A stretch of 64,000 bases of DNA from an uncultured Eggerthellaceae bacterium. Lineage in GTDB: Bacteria; Actinomycetota; Coriobacteriia; Coriobacteriales; Eggerthellaceae. The position numbers and the translations under genes are program-made. Positions within the stretch are counted from its first letter, which is position 1; the number at the start of each line of letters is the position of its first letter. Of the stretch, positions 1 through 11,700 are shown one piece after another. Below the pieces are notes generated by a model. It did not search any database. It was not told the origin of the DNA and worked only from the letters and a program-made list of their open reading frames with translations. Location: the NCBI GenBank assembly GCA_910589125.1, contig CAJURX010000009.1, forward strand, positions 22,240 to 86,239. The letters run 5' to 3'.

Positions 1-1
1 A

Positions 2-328
2 TACGTCCACACCGGACGCGCTCAGGGCAAGCTCGCCTCCATCCTCGATGAGCGCGTCAGATGTGCCAACGAGGAAGAAGCGTGGAAGGAGCAGGCCATG
101 GGCTTCATGACGCTTGAGATGGAGATGCTCGTCAGGGAGGACGCAGCCCGAGAAGAGGGCTTCGCGAAGGGCGAGGCTGAGGGCCTCGCGGAAGGTGAGG
201 CCCATGCTCGCGAGCGCTTCCAAGCGCTCATCGCCAAGCTGTCGGACGAAGGCCGCCTCGCAGAGCTCGAGAGCACAGCATCCGATCCGGGATCCATGGA
301 TCGGCTTATGGCGGAGCTTGGGGTCTGA
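2..328 (+). CDS. 3' fragment of a gene entering from the left edge; tail resembles Rpn/YhgA-like PD-(D/E)XK putative transposase family
   Basis: Frame 2 is open from base 2 to the stop at 326-328. The tail EMLVREDAAREEGFAKGEAEGLAEGEAHARERFQALIAKLSDEG has tandem (E/K)G-x repeats followed by a short helical segment, typical of C-termini of that family. Only a fragment is present; no catalytic region is visible. Confidence 0.3.
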   Translation, partial: YVHTGRAQGKLASILDERVRCANEEEAWKEQAMGFMTLEMEMLVREDAAREEGFAKGEAEGLAEGEAHARERFQALIAKLSDEGRLAELESTASDPGSMDRLMAELGV

Positions 329-355
329 GCGGGAGCGCTCACCTGAGGACGAAAG

Positions 356-382
356 CGCTCCGCACGGCATCCGCGCGGAGCG
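356..382. terminator. GC-rich hairpin between convergent genes (candidate bidirectional terminator)
   Basis: CGCTCCGC (356-363) pairs with GCGGAGCG (375-382) across an 11-nt loop. It lies between the stop at 328 (+) and the stop at 413 (-). There is no clear U-tract. Confidence 0.3.
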
Positions 383-412
383 AAGGATCGGATCAAGGGA
401 TGGATGCGCAGG

Positions 413-1774
413 CTATGAGCGCTTCCAGGGGAGCTTCCTCTTCTTCTTGGGCACGCGATCCAGGGAAGGCGAGGTAGCATCGAAGAACGGATCGACCTTC
501 TCGTCGGGGGCCGGCGTTCCCTTGAAGAACACGCCATCGCGCGACACCACGCGCCGCTGCGTCTGCTTCTCGAAGTAGTACACGAAGCACGCCTTCAGCA
601 CGGCGACCAGCGGTATGGCGAACAGCATCCCCGCCAGAGACCCGAGCAAGCCATTCATGGCACCGCCGATGGCACTGCCGCACATCATGGCGACCAACGT
701 GAGCGCTGGATGGATGTCGACGGAATTGGACATGATCTTCGGGCTGATGAAGGTGTAGACCACCTGCTGGATGAGGATAGTGCCTATGAGCGCGATGAGA
801 GCCGTCAGCGGGCTGACGAAGATGGCGCTCACCGCAGCTGCAGCACCGCCGAGCCACGGACCCACGATGGGGATGATGTTCAAGGTGCCCGTGATGACGC
901 CCAGAGCGGGCGCATTCGGCACTCCCACAGCAGCGAACAAGATGCCGCACGCCGCCCCGATGATGAGGCACTGGATGAGCGTGCCCTTGATGTATCCACC
1001 CATGATGCGCGTGAACGCGACATGCAGGAACCGCGCATCCTCATAGTGCTTCGGGCTGATGACGCGCTTCGCCTCGCGACCGATGGACGGCAGCTCCATC
1101 AAGATCCAGAATGCCACGACCAGGGCGAAGCCGATGGCCATGGCTCCATTCGCGATGATGCCGCCGATGCCCATGACCGTGTTCGCCGCATTCGATGCGA
1201 ACGAGGAGGCAGCACCGGTGACCGAGCTGGTCGCCTCCTGCACGAGATGTTGCACGGTATCATTCCCGAGCAGGTCGGAATACCTGCCATAGACATCATT
1301 CGCCCACTTGGATGCTTGGTCGAGATACCCTGGCATGCTCTCTATGATGTTCATGAACTGCGCGTTCAAGCCGAACATCGGAGAGAACATCAAGAGCCCG
1401 ATCCCACCGAGCACGGCGAACATGATCGCATAGGCGATAGCGGTGCCAAGGCCCCGATTCACACCCTTCTCTTGCAGCTTGTTCACAATGCCGCGCAAGC
1501 AGAACACGAAGATGAGCGTCCAGATGAGCATCGAGACCGGAGCGGACAGGATGTTCAGCAGATAGATCAGCACGCCCGTGAGCACGCAGATGCCGATGAT
1601 GCACCAGACGTACACCGCTGCGCTCTTCACCTTCTGGCGGCGGGCCTCCACGCGCTCGGCATCTGAGGTCGCGAGCTCACCTGAGCCCACGACCTCACCT
1701 GCGACCTCAGGCACCTGGTCTGCAACGTCCGCGACGGACACCGCCCGCATCGTCTCTTCGCTGCTCACAGGCAC
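413..1774 (-). CDS. AI-2E family transporter (PerM/UPF0118-type permease)
   Basis: 453-aa multi-TM ORF with the family-typical C-terminal block GGAMNGLLGSLAGMLFAIPLVAVLKA. The GTG start directly abuts the stop of the upstream DUF948 gene, giving an operon. ATG at 1750 is an alternative start. Confidence 0.85.
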   Translation of the reverse strand: MPVSSEETMRAVSVADVADQVPEVAGEVVGSGELATSDAERVEARRQKVKSAAVYVWCIIGICVLTGVLIYLLNILSAPVSMLIWTLIFVFCLRGIVNKLQEKGVNRGLGTAIAYAIMFAVLGGIGLLMFSPMFGLNAQFMNIIESMPGYLDQASKWANDVYGRYSDLLGNDTVQHLVQEATSSVTGAASSFASNAANTVMGIGGIIANGAMAIGFALVVAFWILMELPSIGREAKRVISPKHYEDARFLHVAFTRIMGGYIKGTLIQCLIIGAACGILFAAVGVPNAPALGVITGTLNIIPIVGPWLGGAAAAVSAIFVSPLTALIALIGTILIQQVVYTFISPKIMSNSVDIHPALTLVAMMCGSAIGGAMNGLLGSLAGMLFAIPLVAVLKACFVYYFEKQTQRRVVSRDGVFFKGTPAPDEKVDPFFDATSPSLDRVPKKKRKLPWKRS

Positions 1775-2428
1775 CTACCGTGCATCGTTGGCAGCATCGG
1801 TCTCCACGGAGTCCACGATGCTCTGCCTGGTCTCGTTGAGCTGATCGTTGACCGCAGCGGCGGCCGCACGGCTCTCCTCGCGCTCAGCCTTGGCATGGGC
1901 GCGCTTGTCGGCCTCCTCGCGGAACGAATCCGCTGCAGCCGTCGTGGTCGCGTCGACGAAGTCGGTGATGGGATTCTGCGGATGCGACGTGCGTCCCTCC
2001 GAGCCGAGGTCCACGGACTCATCGCTCGCATAGCGCGGCTTGAACTTGGAGCGCACCTTCTTGGTCATGTTCGTCACGATGTCGAGCGGAGCGCTCGTGA
2101 CGGAATCAACCGCGTCCACGGTCTTGGACACGCCACCAGTGATCTTGTTCACGTTCTCCAAGATCCCGTCGACCCGCATGAGCTCGAGATTCACCGAATC
2201 CACCGTGAGCGTGACCCTATCGACCAAGGGATCCACCTTGCCGATCGTGGGCTGCAGCTCCGTCACCATCTTATCCACGTTCTCAAGGGTGGGGTCCAGC
2301 TGCGCTTTCATCTCAGTCACGGTCGTGCGCATCTTGCGCATGGTGAGCGCGAGCTCCACCACGAACCAGACGAGCGCCACGCCGACCACGATGTACACGA
2401 TCGTGAGGATGATCGAGAATACGTCCAT
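1775..2428 (-). CDS. DUF948-type membrane-anchored helical-repeat protein (general-stress-like)
   Basis: N-terminal TM helix MDVFSIILTIVYIVVGVALVWFVVELAL, then repeated helical segments (TVTEMKAQLDPTLENVDKMV, LVDRVTLTVDSVNLEL, ILENVNKITGGVSKTVDAV). An AAGGAG SD precedes ATG 2428; the longer ORF start at 2461 has no SD. Confidence 0.7.
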   Translation of the reverse strand: MDVFSIILTIVYIVVGVALVWFVVELALTMRKMRTTVTEMKAQLDPTLENVDKMVTELQPTIGKVDPLVDRVTLTVDSVNLELMRVDGILENVNKITGGVSKTVDAVDSVTSAPLDIVTNMTKKVRSKFKPRYASDESVDLGSEGRTSHPQNPITDFVDATTTAAADSFREEADKRAHAKAEREESRAAAAAVNDQLNETRQSIVDSVETDAANDAR

Positions 2429-2465
2429 AGGGCTCTCCTTCCCTTCGCGTTTGCATCGCAAGCGA

Positions 2466-2471
2466 CTATAT
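2466..2471 (-). promoter_or_regulatory. candidate -10 box TATAGT for the DUF948/AI-2E operon
   Basis: The minus strand reads gTGaTATAGTcgc about 35 nt upstream of ATG 2428. Seen by eye only. Confidence 0.3.
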
Positions 2472-2541
2472 CACTCATCCGCTCATCGAATGGATGTCGA
2501 AACGCGCCAGTAAGCTGGCCGTCACCAGACGGTTTGCTTGC

Positions 2542-3090
2542 TCAGGAAGCAGCGAGCAGAGCTCCCAGCGTCCGGAAATCCGCTTCCAGCGCCTCCTGCT
2601 TGCTGGGGTCATAGAGAGCCGCAGCGGGATGATAGACAGGGAGCACCTTGAAGCGGCCCACCTGGTGCACCTGGCCGCGCAGGCGCGTGATGCCCATATC
2701 GGTCTTCATGATGTGGCGCGCAGCGAAGTTGCCCAGCGTCACGATGACCTCTGGCTCGATGAGCTTCGCCTGGTCATGGAGGAAGTGGGCGCACGCCTGG
2801 ATCTCCTCGACGCGCGGATCGCGATTCCCAGGTGGGCGGCACTTGAGGACGTTCGCGATATACACCTCATCGCGCGCAAGGCCCGCGATCCCCAAGAGCG
2901 AATCCAGGTTCTTCCCGGCAGCTCCCACGAAGGGACGCCCCTCCAGGTCCTCGTTCTTGCCCGGAGCCTCGCCCACGATCATGACGCGCGCATCCTCGGG
3001 ACCTACGCCGAACACAACGTTCGTCCGGCTCTCCCACAAAGGGCACGCCTGGCACGAACCCGCCTCGCATGCCAATCCTGCAAGATCCAC
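2542..3090 (-). CDS. uracil-DNA glycosylase, family 4
   Basis: Family 4 signatures: C-x2-C (SCQACPL), VMIVGEAPGKNEDLEGRPFVGAAGKNL, and NVLKCRPPGNRDP. I prefer GTG 3090, which has an AGGAG SD 6 nt upstream and no overlap with alr. The track start at 3153 would overlap alr by 55 nt. Confidence 0.85.
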   Translation of the reverse strand: MDLAGLACEAGSCQACPLWESRTNVVFGVGPEDARVMIVGEAPGKNEDLEGRPFVGAAGKNLDSLLGIAGLARDEVYIANVLKCRPPGNRDPRVEEIQACAHFLHDQAKLIEPEVIVTLGNFAARHIMKTDMGITRLRGQVHQVGRFKVLPVYHPAAALYDPSKQEALEADFRTLGALLAAS

Positions 3091-3098
3091 AAGGGCTC

Positions 3099-4589
3099 CT
3101 ATCTCGAAGAGGTGAAGATGCGCGCCAGCCGCGAGCGGCCGAACCCAAGGCATATCTCATAGGGCACCGTGTCCAGCAGATCGGCCATCTCGTCGATGGT
3201 GACGACGGCATTGCCGGCCGCACCCACGACCAAGACCTCATCGCCGATCTGCGGGTCCAGCTTGCCGGTGCTGCGACGCGTGCGCAGGTCGACCTCGAAC
3301 ATGGCCTGATCCATGCAGATAGTGCCCACCTGCGGATGCTTGCTGCCATCCATGATCACATCGATCCTGTCAGAGAGTCCGCGCTGATACCCATCCGCAT
3401 ACCCCAGGGGTATGGTGCAGATCTTGGAGAAGCCACCTGAGCGATGCAACAGCCCATAGCTCACGCCCTCCCCCACCGGGACCGTCTTGACCTGCGTGAT
3501 GCGCGCATGCACGCTCATGGCGGGGATCAGGTCGATCACGCCATAGGTCTCAGGGCAGGTATAGTAGCCATACATGGAGATGCCCAGGCGCACCATGTCG
3601 AAATGCACCTCAGGGTAGCGGATGATGGCAGAGGAATTCGCCGCATGCACGATGCCCGGGTCTATCCCGTATGCGCGCATCTCGGCGATGGTCTCCACGA
3701 AGTGCGTGGCCTGGATGTTGAACTCCATCGTATCGGGCGCATCCGCTGTGGCGAAATGGGTGAACGTGCCCACCAGCTCCAACGCACGATGGAACGAGAC
3801 GCGCCGCATGAATTCGATGACCTCATCGAAGCGCACCCCGATGCGATTCATGCCCGTGTTCACCTTGAGGTGATACGGAGCGCGCAAGCCGATGGAATCA
3901 GCTGCCTCGGCGTACTGCACGGCGAACTCAGCCGTATAGACGCTCGGCATGATGCGATAGGCCAGAAGGAGCGGTATGGTGGCCGATGGCGGCTCTGCCA
4001 ACACCAGGATGGGCGCTCCGATGCCCGCATCGCGCAGCTCGATCGCCTCATCCACCGTAGCCACGCCAAGCTGGTCCGCGCCCGCGCTCAAAGCGCTCCG
4101 AGCGCAGCGCACAGCACCGTGCCCATACGCGTCCGCCTTGACGACGGCCATGAGCTTCACGCCTGGCTCCAAGAGCTGCTTCACCGCCAAGGTGTTGTGG
4201 TGGATGGCACCCAGGTCGACCTCGATCCATGCCCAGCGCTTGTCCACCTCAGGGATGTCCGCGAGCGCCTCGTAGTCGAACTGGGGGCCGGATTCGCCGC
4301 CCTCGGGCACGCGCAGGTACTTGCGCATGTCAGCAGGGAAGAAGTCATTGGACTTGCCCCAGAGGCTCTTCTCGGGTCCTGGACCCTGCTCCGGCTTCAC
4401 GACATTCGGCACCTGCCAGCCGCTCCTGGCTGCTTGCAGCTCCGTATTGCGAAAGCCCCGCGATCCCGTATCAACATGCAGGGCATCGCGCTCTGCGCGA
4501 GAGCGGCGCAGTGCGTCACCCGCAGACACGAATCCCGGGCGCCTCTGTGAGAAGCCCGTGAAGCCGTTGGGCAGATCCTCGCTCGTCAT
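3099..4589 (-). CDS. alr: alanine racemase with about 115-aa N-terminal extension
   Basis: Core begins RWAWIEVDLGAIHHN and contains the PLP-lysine motif VVKADAYGHGAV. The C-terminal half (MSVHARITQVKTVPVGEGVSYG, PLGYADGY) is typical. The full ORF starts 4 nt after the mog stop. Confidence 0.9.
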   Translation of the reverse strand: MTSEDLPNGFTGFSQRRPGFVSAGDALRRSRAERDALHVDTGSRGFRNTELQAARSGWQVPNVVKPEQGPGPEKSLWGKSNDFFPADMRKYLRVPEGGESGPQFDYEALADIPEVDKRWAWIEVDLGAIHHNTLAVKQLLEPGVKLMAVVKADAYGHGAVRCARSALSAGADQLGVATVDEAIELRDAGIGAPILVLAEPPSATIPLLLAYRIMPSVYTAEFAVQYAEAADSIGLRAPYHLKVNTGMNRIGVRFDEVIEFMRRVSFHRALELVGTFTHFATADAPDTMEFNIQATHFVETIAEMRAYGIDPGIVHAANSSAIIRYPEVHFDMVRLGISMYGYYTCPETYGVIDLIPAMSVHARITQVKTVPVGEGVSYGLLHRSGGFSKICTIPLGYADGYQRGLSDRIDVIMDGSKHPQVGTICMDQAMFEVDLRTRRSTGKLDPQIGDEVLVVGAAGNAVVTIDEMADLLDTVPYEICLGFGRSRLARIFTSSR

Positions 4590-4593
4590 GACC

Positions 4594-5085
4594 TCAGTGT
4601 CCCTCTCTGGCCATCATGGAGACGGCATGGGGCAGCACGCCTTCGATGGCCTCCCAATTCTCCGTAGCCGCCTTGGTGGAGCCAGGCAGGTTCACGACGA
4701 TGCACGTGCCGCGCTGCATGCACACCGCTCGCGAGAGCATGGCATAGGGCGTGATGGTCATGGAATGCGCGCGCATCCCCTCGGCGATGCCCGGCACCTC
4801 TCGCTCGCAGACCGCACGCGTCGCCTCAGGCGTGACATCCCGCGGAGAGAGCCCGCTCCCCCCGCACGTGAGCACCACGTCCACGCCCTGACCATCAGCA
4901 GCCGCCACGATGGCATCCGATATCTGCGCCACATCATCGGTCACGATGACATGGCTTGCCACGTCCCAGCCCTTGGCCCGGATGAGGGCTTCGAGCGCAT
5001 ATCCCGCATCATCTTCGGTCAGCGTGCGCGTATCAGAGCACGTGACGATGCCGAAGCGCACCATCTTGTCAGACCCCTTGCTCAT
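4594..5085 (-). CDS. mog: MogA/MoaB family molybdenum cofactor biosynthesis protein
   Basis: FGIVTCSDTRT...LTCGGSGLSPRDVTPEAT matches the MoaB/MogA fold signature. An AAGGAG SD lies 7 nt before ATG 5085. The ORF extension to 5136 overlaps moeA. Confidence 0.8.
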   Translation of the reverse strand: MSKGSDKMVRFGIVTCSDTRTLTEDDAGYALEALIRAKGWDVASHVIVTDDVAQISDAIVAAADGQGVDVVLTCGGSGLSPRDVTPEATRAVCEREVPGIAEGMRAHSMTITPYAMLSRAVCMQRGTCIVVNLPGSTKAATENWEAIEGVLPHAVSMMAREGH

Positions 5086-5096
5086 GATCAGTCTCC

Positions 5097-6383
5097 TTAG
5101 AGCACCGTCTCTTCGGGAACGTCCATGAGGATGCATTCCACCTCATCCCCTGCTTGCGCAGGTACGAGCCCTTCGGGCATCACCACCATGCAGTTCGATC
5201 GCTGGATGACGCCGAAGAGCCCTGAGCTCTGATTCTTCGCCGGAGTGACCTCATAGGTCCCATCGGCCGCCTTCGCATAGACGGATCTCAAGAGGATGCA
5301 GCGCGGATCCTTCTTCTTGACGTCTTGCGTGAGACGCGCGCGGATCCGTGGGAGGTCGAGCGCACGATAGCCCTGCATCTTGCGAAGCGCCGGGCGGATG
5401 AGCATCTGGAACCCGCAATAGGCGGCTGCGGGATTGCCCGGCAATCCGAACACGGGAACGCCCTCCACGCTGCCGAACGTCTGCGCCTTGCCCGGTCGCA
5501 TGTTGACCTGCGTCATGTAGACCTCGCCCGCATCGGACACGACCTGCTTGATGAAGTCGAAATCCCCATTCGCAGCACCTCCGGTGGTGATGACGAAGTC
5601 ATGGTCGCGCACCGCCCCTGCGACCGCATGCTGGAGGTCCTCATACGTATCAGGCACGATGGGCAGCACATGGGGTATGCCGCCAGCCTCTGCCACGCAG
5701 GCCGCCATGGCCTGCGAGTTCGATTCGCGGATATGCCCCGGACCTGGCACCTGCTCAGGTGGCACGAGCTCAGAGCCGGTCGCCATGATGGCCACCCGCG
5801 GGCGACGGAACACATCGACCTCCGTCACACCGCAGCTGGCAAGGCAACCCATGCCCGCAGCCCCGAGCACATCCCCTGCTTGGAGGATGACATCTCCCGC
5901 ATGCGCCTCTTCTCCTGCAGGCCGGACGTTGGAGCCTACCTTGCACGGCTCTGTGAAGGACACGACCGACCCGGGCTTCCCATCCCCAGAGACGACGCCT
6001 ACGATCTCATACTTCACGACGGAGTCAGCCGCCTTCGGCAGCTCCGCACCCGTCATGATGCGCACGCATTCATCCTGGCCGATGGGTCCCTCATAGATGC
6101 TGCCCGCACCGATCTCCGCTATCACGCGCAGATGCACCGGCGCATCCTCAGATGCCGCTTCGATCTGCTCGGCGCAGAGCGCGAACCCGTCCATCGCCGA
6201 ATGCGCGAACGGCGCCACATCCATATCGCTCGCTGCCGGAGCGGCAGCCACGCGCCCGAGCGCCTCTAGGAGGGAGACGCGCTCAGATGGCAGCGCCTCC
6301 ACATGCGCGAGCACCACATGCCGCGCCTCGTTGATGGATATCATCGCATCCCTTGCATTGCTCTCAGCCATGCTCTGCGCCAT
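5097..6383 (-). CDS. moeA: molybdopterin molybdenumtransferase MoeA
   Basis: 428-aa ORF with MoeA signatures (SAMDGFAL, IMATGSELV, ITTGGAANGDFDF, GLPGNPAAA). It starts 3 nt after the eno stop. Confidence 0.85.
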   Translation of the reverse strand: MAQSMAESNARDAMISINEARHVVLAHVEALPSERVSLLEALGRVAAAPAASDMDVAPFAHSAMDGFALCAEQIEAASEDAPVHLRVIAEIGAGSIYEGPIGQDECVRIMTGAELPKAADSVVKYEIVGVVSGDGKPGSVVSFTEPCKVGSNVRPAGEEAHAGDVILQAGDVLGAAGMGCLASCGVTEVDVFRRPRVAIMATGSELVPPEQVPGPGHIRESNSQAMAACVAEAGGIPHVLPIVPDTYEDLQHAVAGAVRDHDFVITTGGAANGDFDFIKQVVSDAGEVYMTQVNMRPGKAQTFGSVEGVPVFGLPGNPAAAYCGFQMLIRPALRKMQGYRALDLPRIRARLTQDVKKKDPRCILLRSVYAKAADGTYEVTPAKNQSSGLFGVIQRSNCMVVMPEGLVPAQAGDEVECILMDVPEETVL

Positions 6384-6386
6384 CCT

Positions 6387-8692
<2,306 letters not shown>

Positions 8693-8725
8693 CGTCTGCA
8701 TCTCCTTATTCACCAGCTGCGTTGC

Positions 8726-11700
8726 CTATTGGCCCTGCGAATCGCTCTTGAGCGTGATGGACGGAAGGTCGGCCTTGGCAGGCACATCGATGAACATGGT
8801 GTCTGCCACCAAGCGCTGACCCTCATTGGTGAACGCATCATTCACGCGATACAGCTCAGCGCGCACCTTTGCCGGAAGATCGGCATCGGGGGCGATCCAG
8901 TACACCCAGCGGCCATCTGCCGTGTCGCCGATGAGCGAGCCCTCGGGCACGTCGGCCAGCAGGACCTGCTCAGCGTTCAGGATCTCCTCGCCATCGACGA
9001 TGGTGGAGCCGCCCACGATGGTGCCGTCAGCGTCATAGAGCACGACCACGTTGTACGCCGGGTTGCCCTTGACCGCACCCGTGAAGATGATGCTGCCAGC
9101 AGGGATCTTCTGGTTCGGGTCATCTGCATCCAGCTGGAAGTCAGCGGACAAGGTGCCGATCGCCTTGATGTCCTCCTGGCCCTGCACTGACGTGAAGTCG
9201 ATGTTGTCACCAGAGGGCCCGAAGATGTCGATCGCCTTGATGCTGACCTCTGCACCTGCCTTGCCAGGAGCGGTGATGCGCACGTAGCGAGCGGTCTCAG
9301 AGCAGATCCAGTTGTTCGGGCTGCCCTGCTCGTTCTTGCCCGTGAAGAACACATCCGCATATCCCTCAGAGCCGATGTCGAACGTGCCCTCCGCCACGGT
9401 CGTGAAGTTGATGCCATTCACGCTCGTCTCGATGACGTAGTCGCTCAGCGCTGCGCCGTCCCCCGGCGTGTACCTGACGGACACCACCGGATTGGTCTTC
9501 CTCATGTCGATGAGCACATACGGGTCAGCCGCAGGCGTGCTCCCGCTTGCCACGGTATAGCCCAGGTAGTCCTTCTCGCCAGCGAGCACGGATTCGATGG
9601 GCTTCGGCGCGTTGCCCTCCATCTCAGAGGGGCACTCCGGCTCAGCGACCTCGGCCTCCTTGCTGACCTGCTCCTGCGTGCCCTCTGCCACCACCATATT
9701 GGTGTCCACGCTCCACTCTGTCGGAGCGAAGCGGCCGTTGCCGTCCAGCTTCTTCTGCTCCGTGACCGCAGCAGCTGAGTAGTTCAGGAACTTGTCGACA
9801 GCCTTCACCTCATAGTGCACGGCACGGTTGCCCAAATGCGCTGCATCATCCACGAAGGTGCCGCCGCCGTTCTCATCAGCGCGAACGAAGCCTACGACCT
9901 CCTTCTGGGGCTTGCCGGACGCATAGTAGACGCGCGTCAGCTCATACCCGATGAGCGAGGCGTTGTACGCAGCATCCTTGGTGCTCATATCCAGCGTGAC
10001 CTTGCTGTTGCTCTGGCTCAAGGAGACCGCCGTCATATCAACGCCCTTCACCTGAGCAGCGCTCGGGTTCGCGCGGATCCACTTGACCGCATCGTCGTTC
10101 ACGTACTGGAGAGCGCGCTCTTCCTTCGGGAACTGAGAGACGTACCTCTCCGTATCCGCGTTGGGCACGAGGCCCCAGCTGATGAAGAAGTCGCTCAGGT
10201 CCTTCTCGGCCGCAGCGCTGGCCAAGCGGATGATGTTCTGGCTCTCGCCTGCGTTGCAGACGAGCTCCACCTTGCCCGGCGCCGGAGCCGATCCGGGGTT
10301 GCGCGCATATCCATCGACGCGCGCGAAGAAGCGATTCGCCTTGAGCTGGTCATAGGATGAGTAGAGCGTGTAGACCTCATTGGCATCGTGTGCCAGCATG
10401 AGCTGCCAGTACATGGCCAGCTGCGTGGCAACGCCACCGGTCCTGCCCACGGCCCCTGAGGTGACGCGCTCATAGACCGAATCGTAGGAGAAGCGCGTCG
10501 TGCCCTCGTTGACCATCTTGCAGATCTGGGCGAAGTAGTTGTTCGTGACCTCGGCAAGGGCATAGCGGCCGTTGTTGATGTTGTGGCCGATCTCGTGCGC
10601 TGAGCCCCATCCGAAGTAGAAGCCGTCTCCGCTCTGCTTCGTGCCACCCGGTGCGGTAGCCGCATCCGAGATGGGTCGCAGGATGGCGAAGTTGCCAGAC
10701 TCCGGGAAGTCCACGCCGATGTGGTTGCCCGCTGCGTACATGAAGGCGCCCGCGAACATCTGCATGAGGCGGATGTTCAGGTGCTGCGAGGAGAGCTCGT
10801 TGGTCTTCGCCACGCCCTCACCCGGCTCCATCAGGCCCTTGTGCTGATAGAAGAGCTTGAGCATCTGCTCCGAGCCATCCATGTGCGTGATGAGCGATTC
10901 TGCGCGCTCCCTCAGCGTGGAGCCCGTGCAGGACCTGGCCGCTTGCGTGGCAGGGACGGAATAGAGCATGGTGTCCGTCATCAGCTCGGTCGCGTTATGG
11001 ATGCAGTGGCGCTCGTTGTAGTCGCAATCAACGCTCGGGTTGATGGTGTCCTGCTCCACCTTGTCCACCACCAGCTTGCTCTCTGCAAGGTGCGCCGCCC
11101 TGTGCGCATCCTCGCTGCCCTTGGATGCATTCAGCAGGCTCAGGGACTCGTCCAGCTCGGTGATGTACTGCTCGGCCTTCTGGACGCGCGTCTCATGGTC
11201 CGTCACGTTGTGCAGGTCGAGCGTGGCGATGTCATGGCCGCCCATCACGCGGATGTACCACTCCTCATTCGGGTCATTGCCCACGTACTGCGCATAGAGC
11301 GGGCCGCCATGCTCCTTGCCCTTGACCTGGATCTTCTCAGGGACAGAGTAGACGATGCGCTTGTTGGCCTGGAACGTCCCGCCATAGCTGGGAGCATCGC
11401 TTGACTCCGGATACTGCTGGCCGATGTAGATCTGCACGCTGGAGTTGGTCCTGGAGTTGCGCTTGGAGGCGTACAGCACGAGCTGATCGCCCGCAGCAGC
11501 CACCTTGCCGAGCGGCTGCCAAGAGTTCAGGCCTCCCATGCCCAGATTCTTGCCGCTATCCGCCGCACTGGAGATATCCGTATGCACCCGGATCAGCTCA
11601 GAGAGGCCGGCCTTCTCGTCAGCCAGGAGCTGCCTGGCGAAGTCGATGTCCATCTGCACGACCGTCTTGAACGGATAGTAGTTGCCATCCGCATCCGCCG

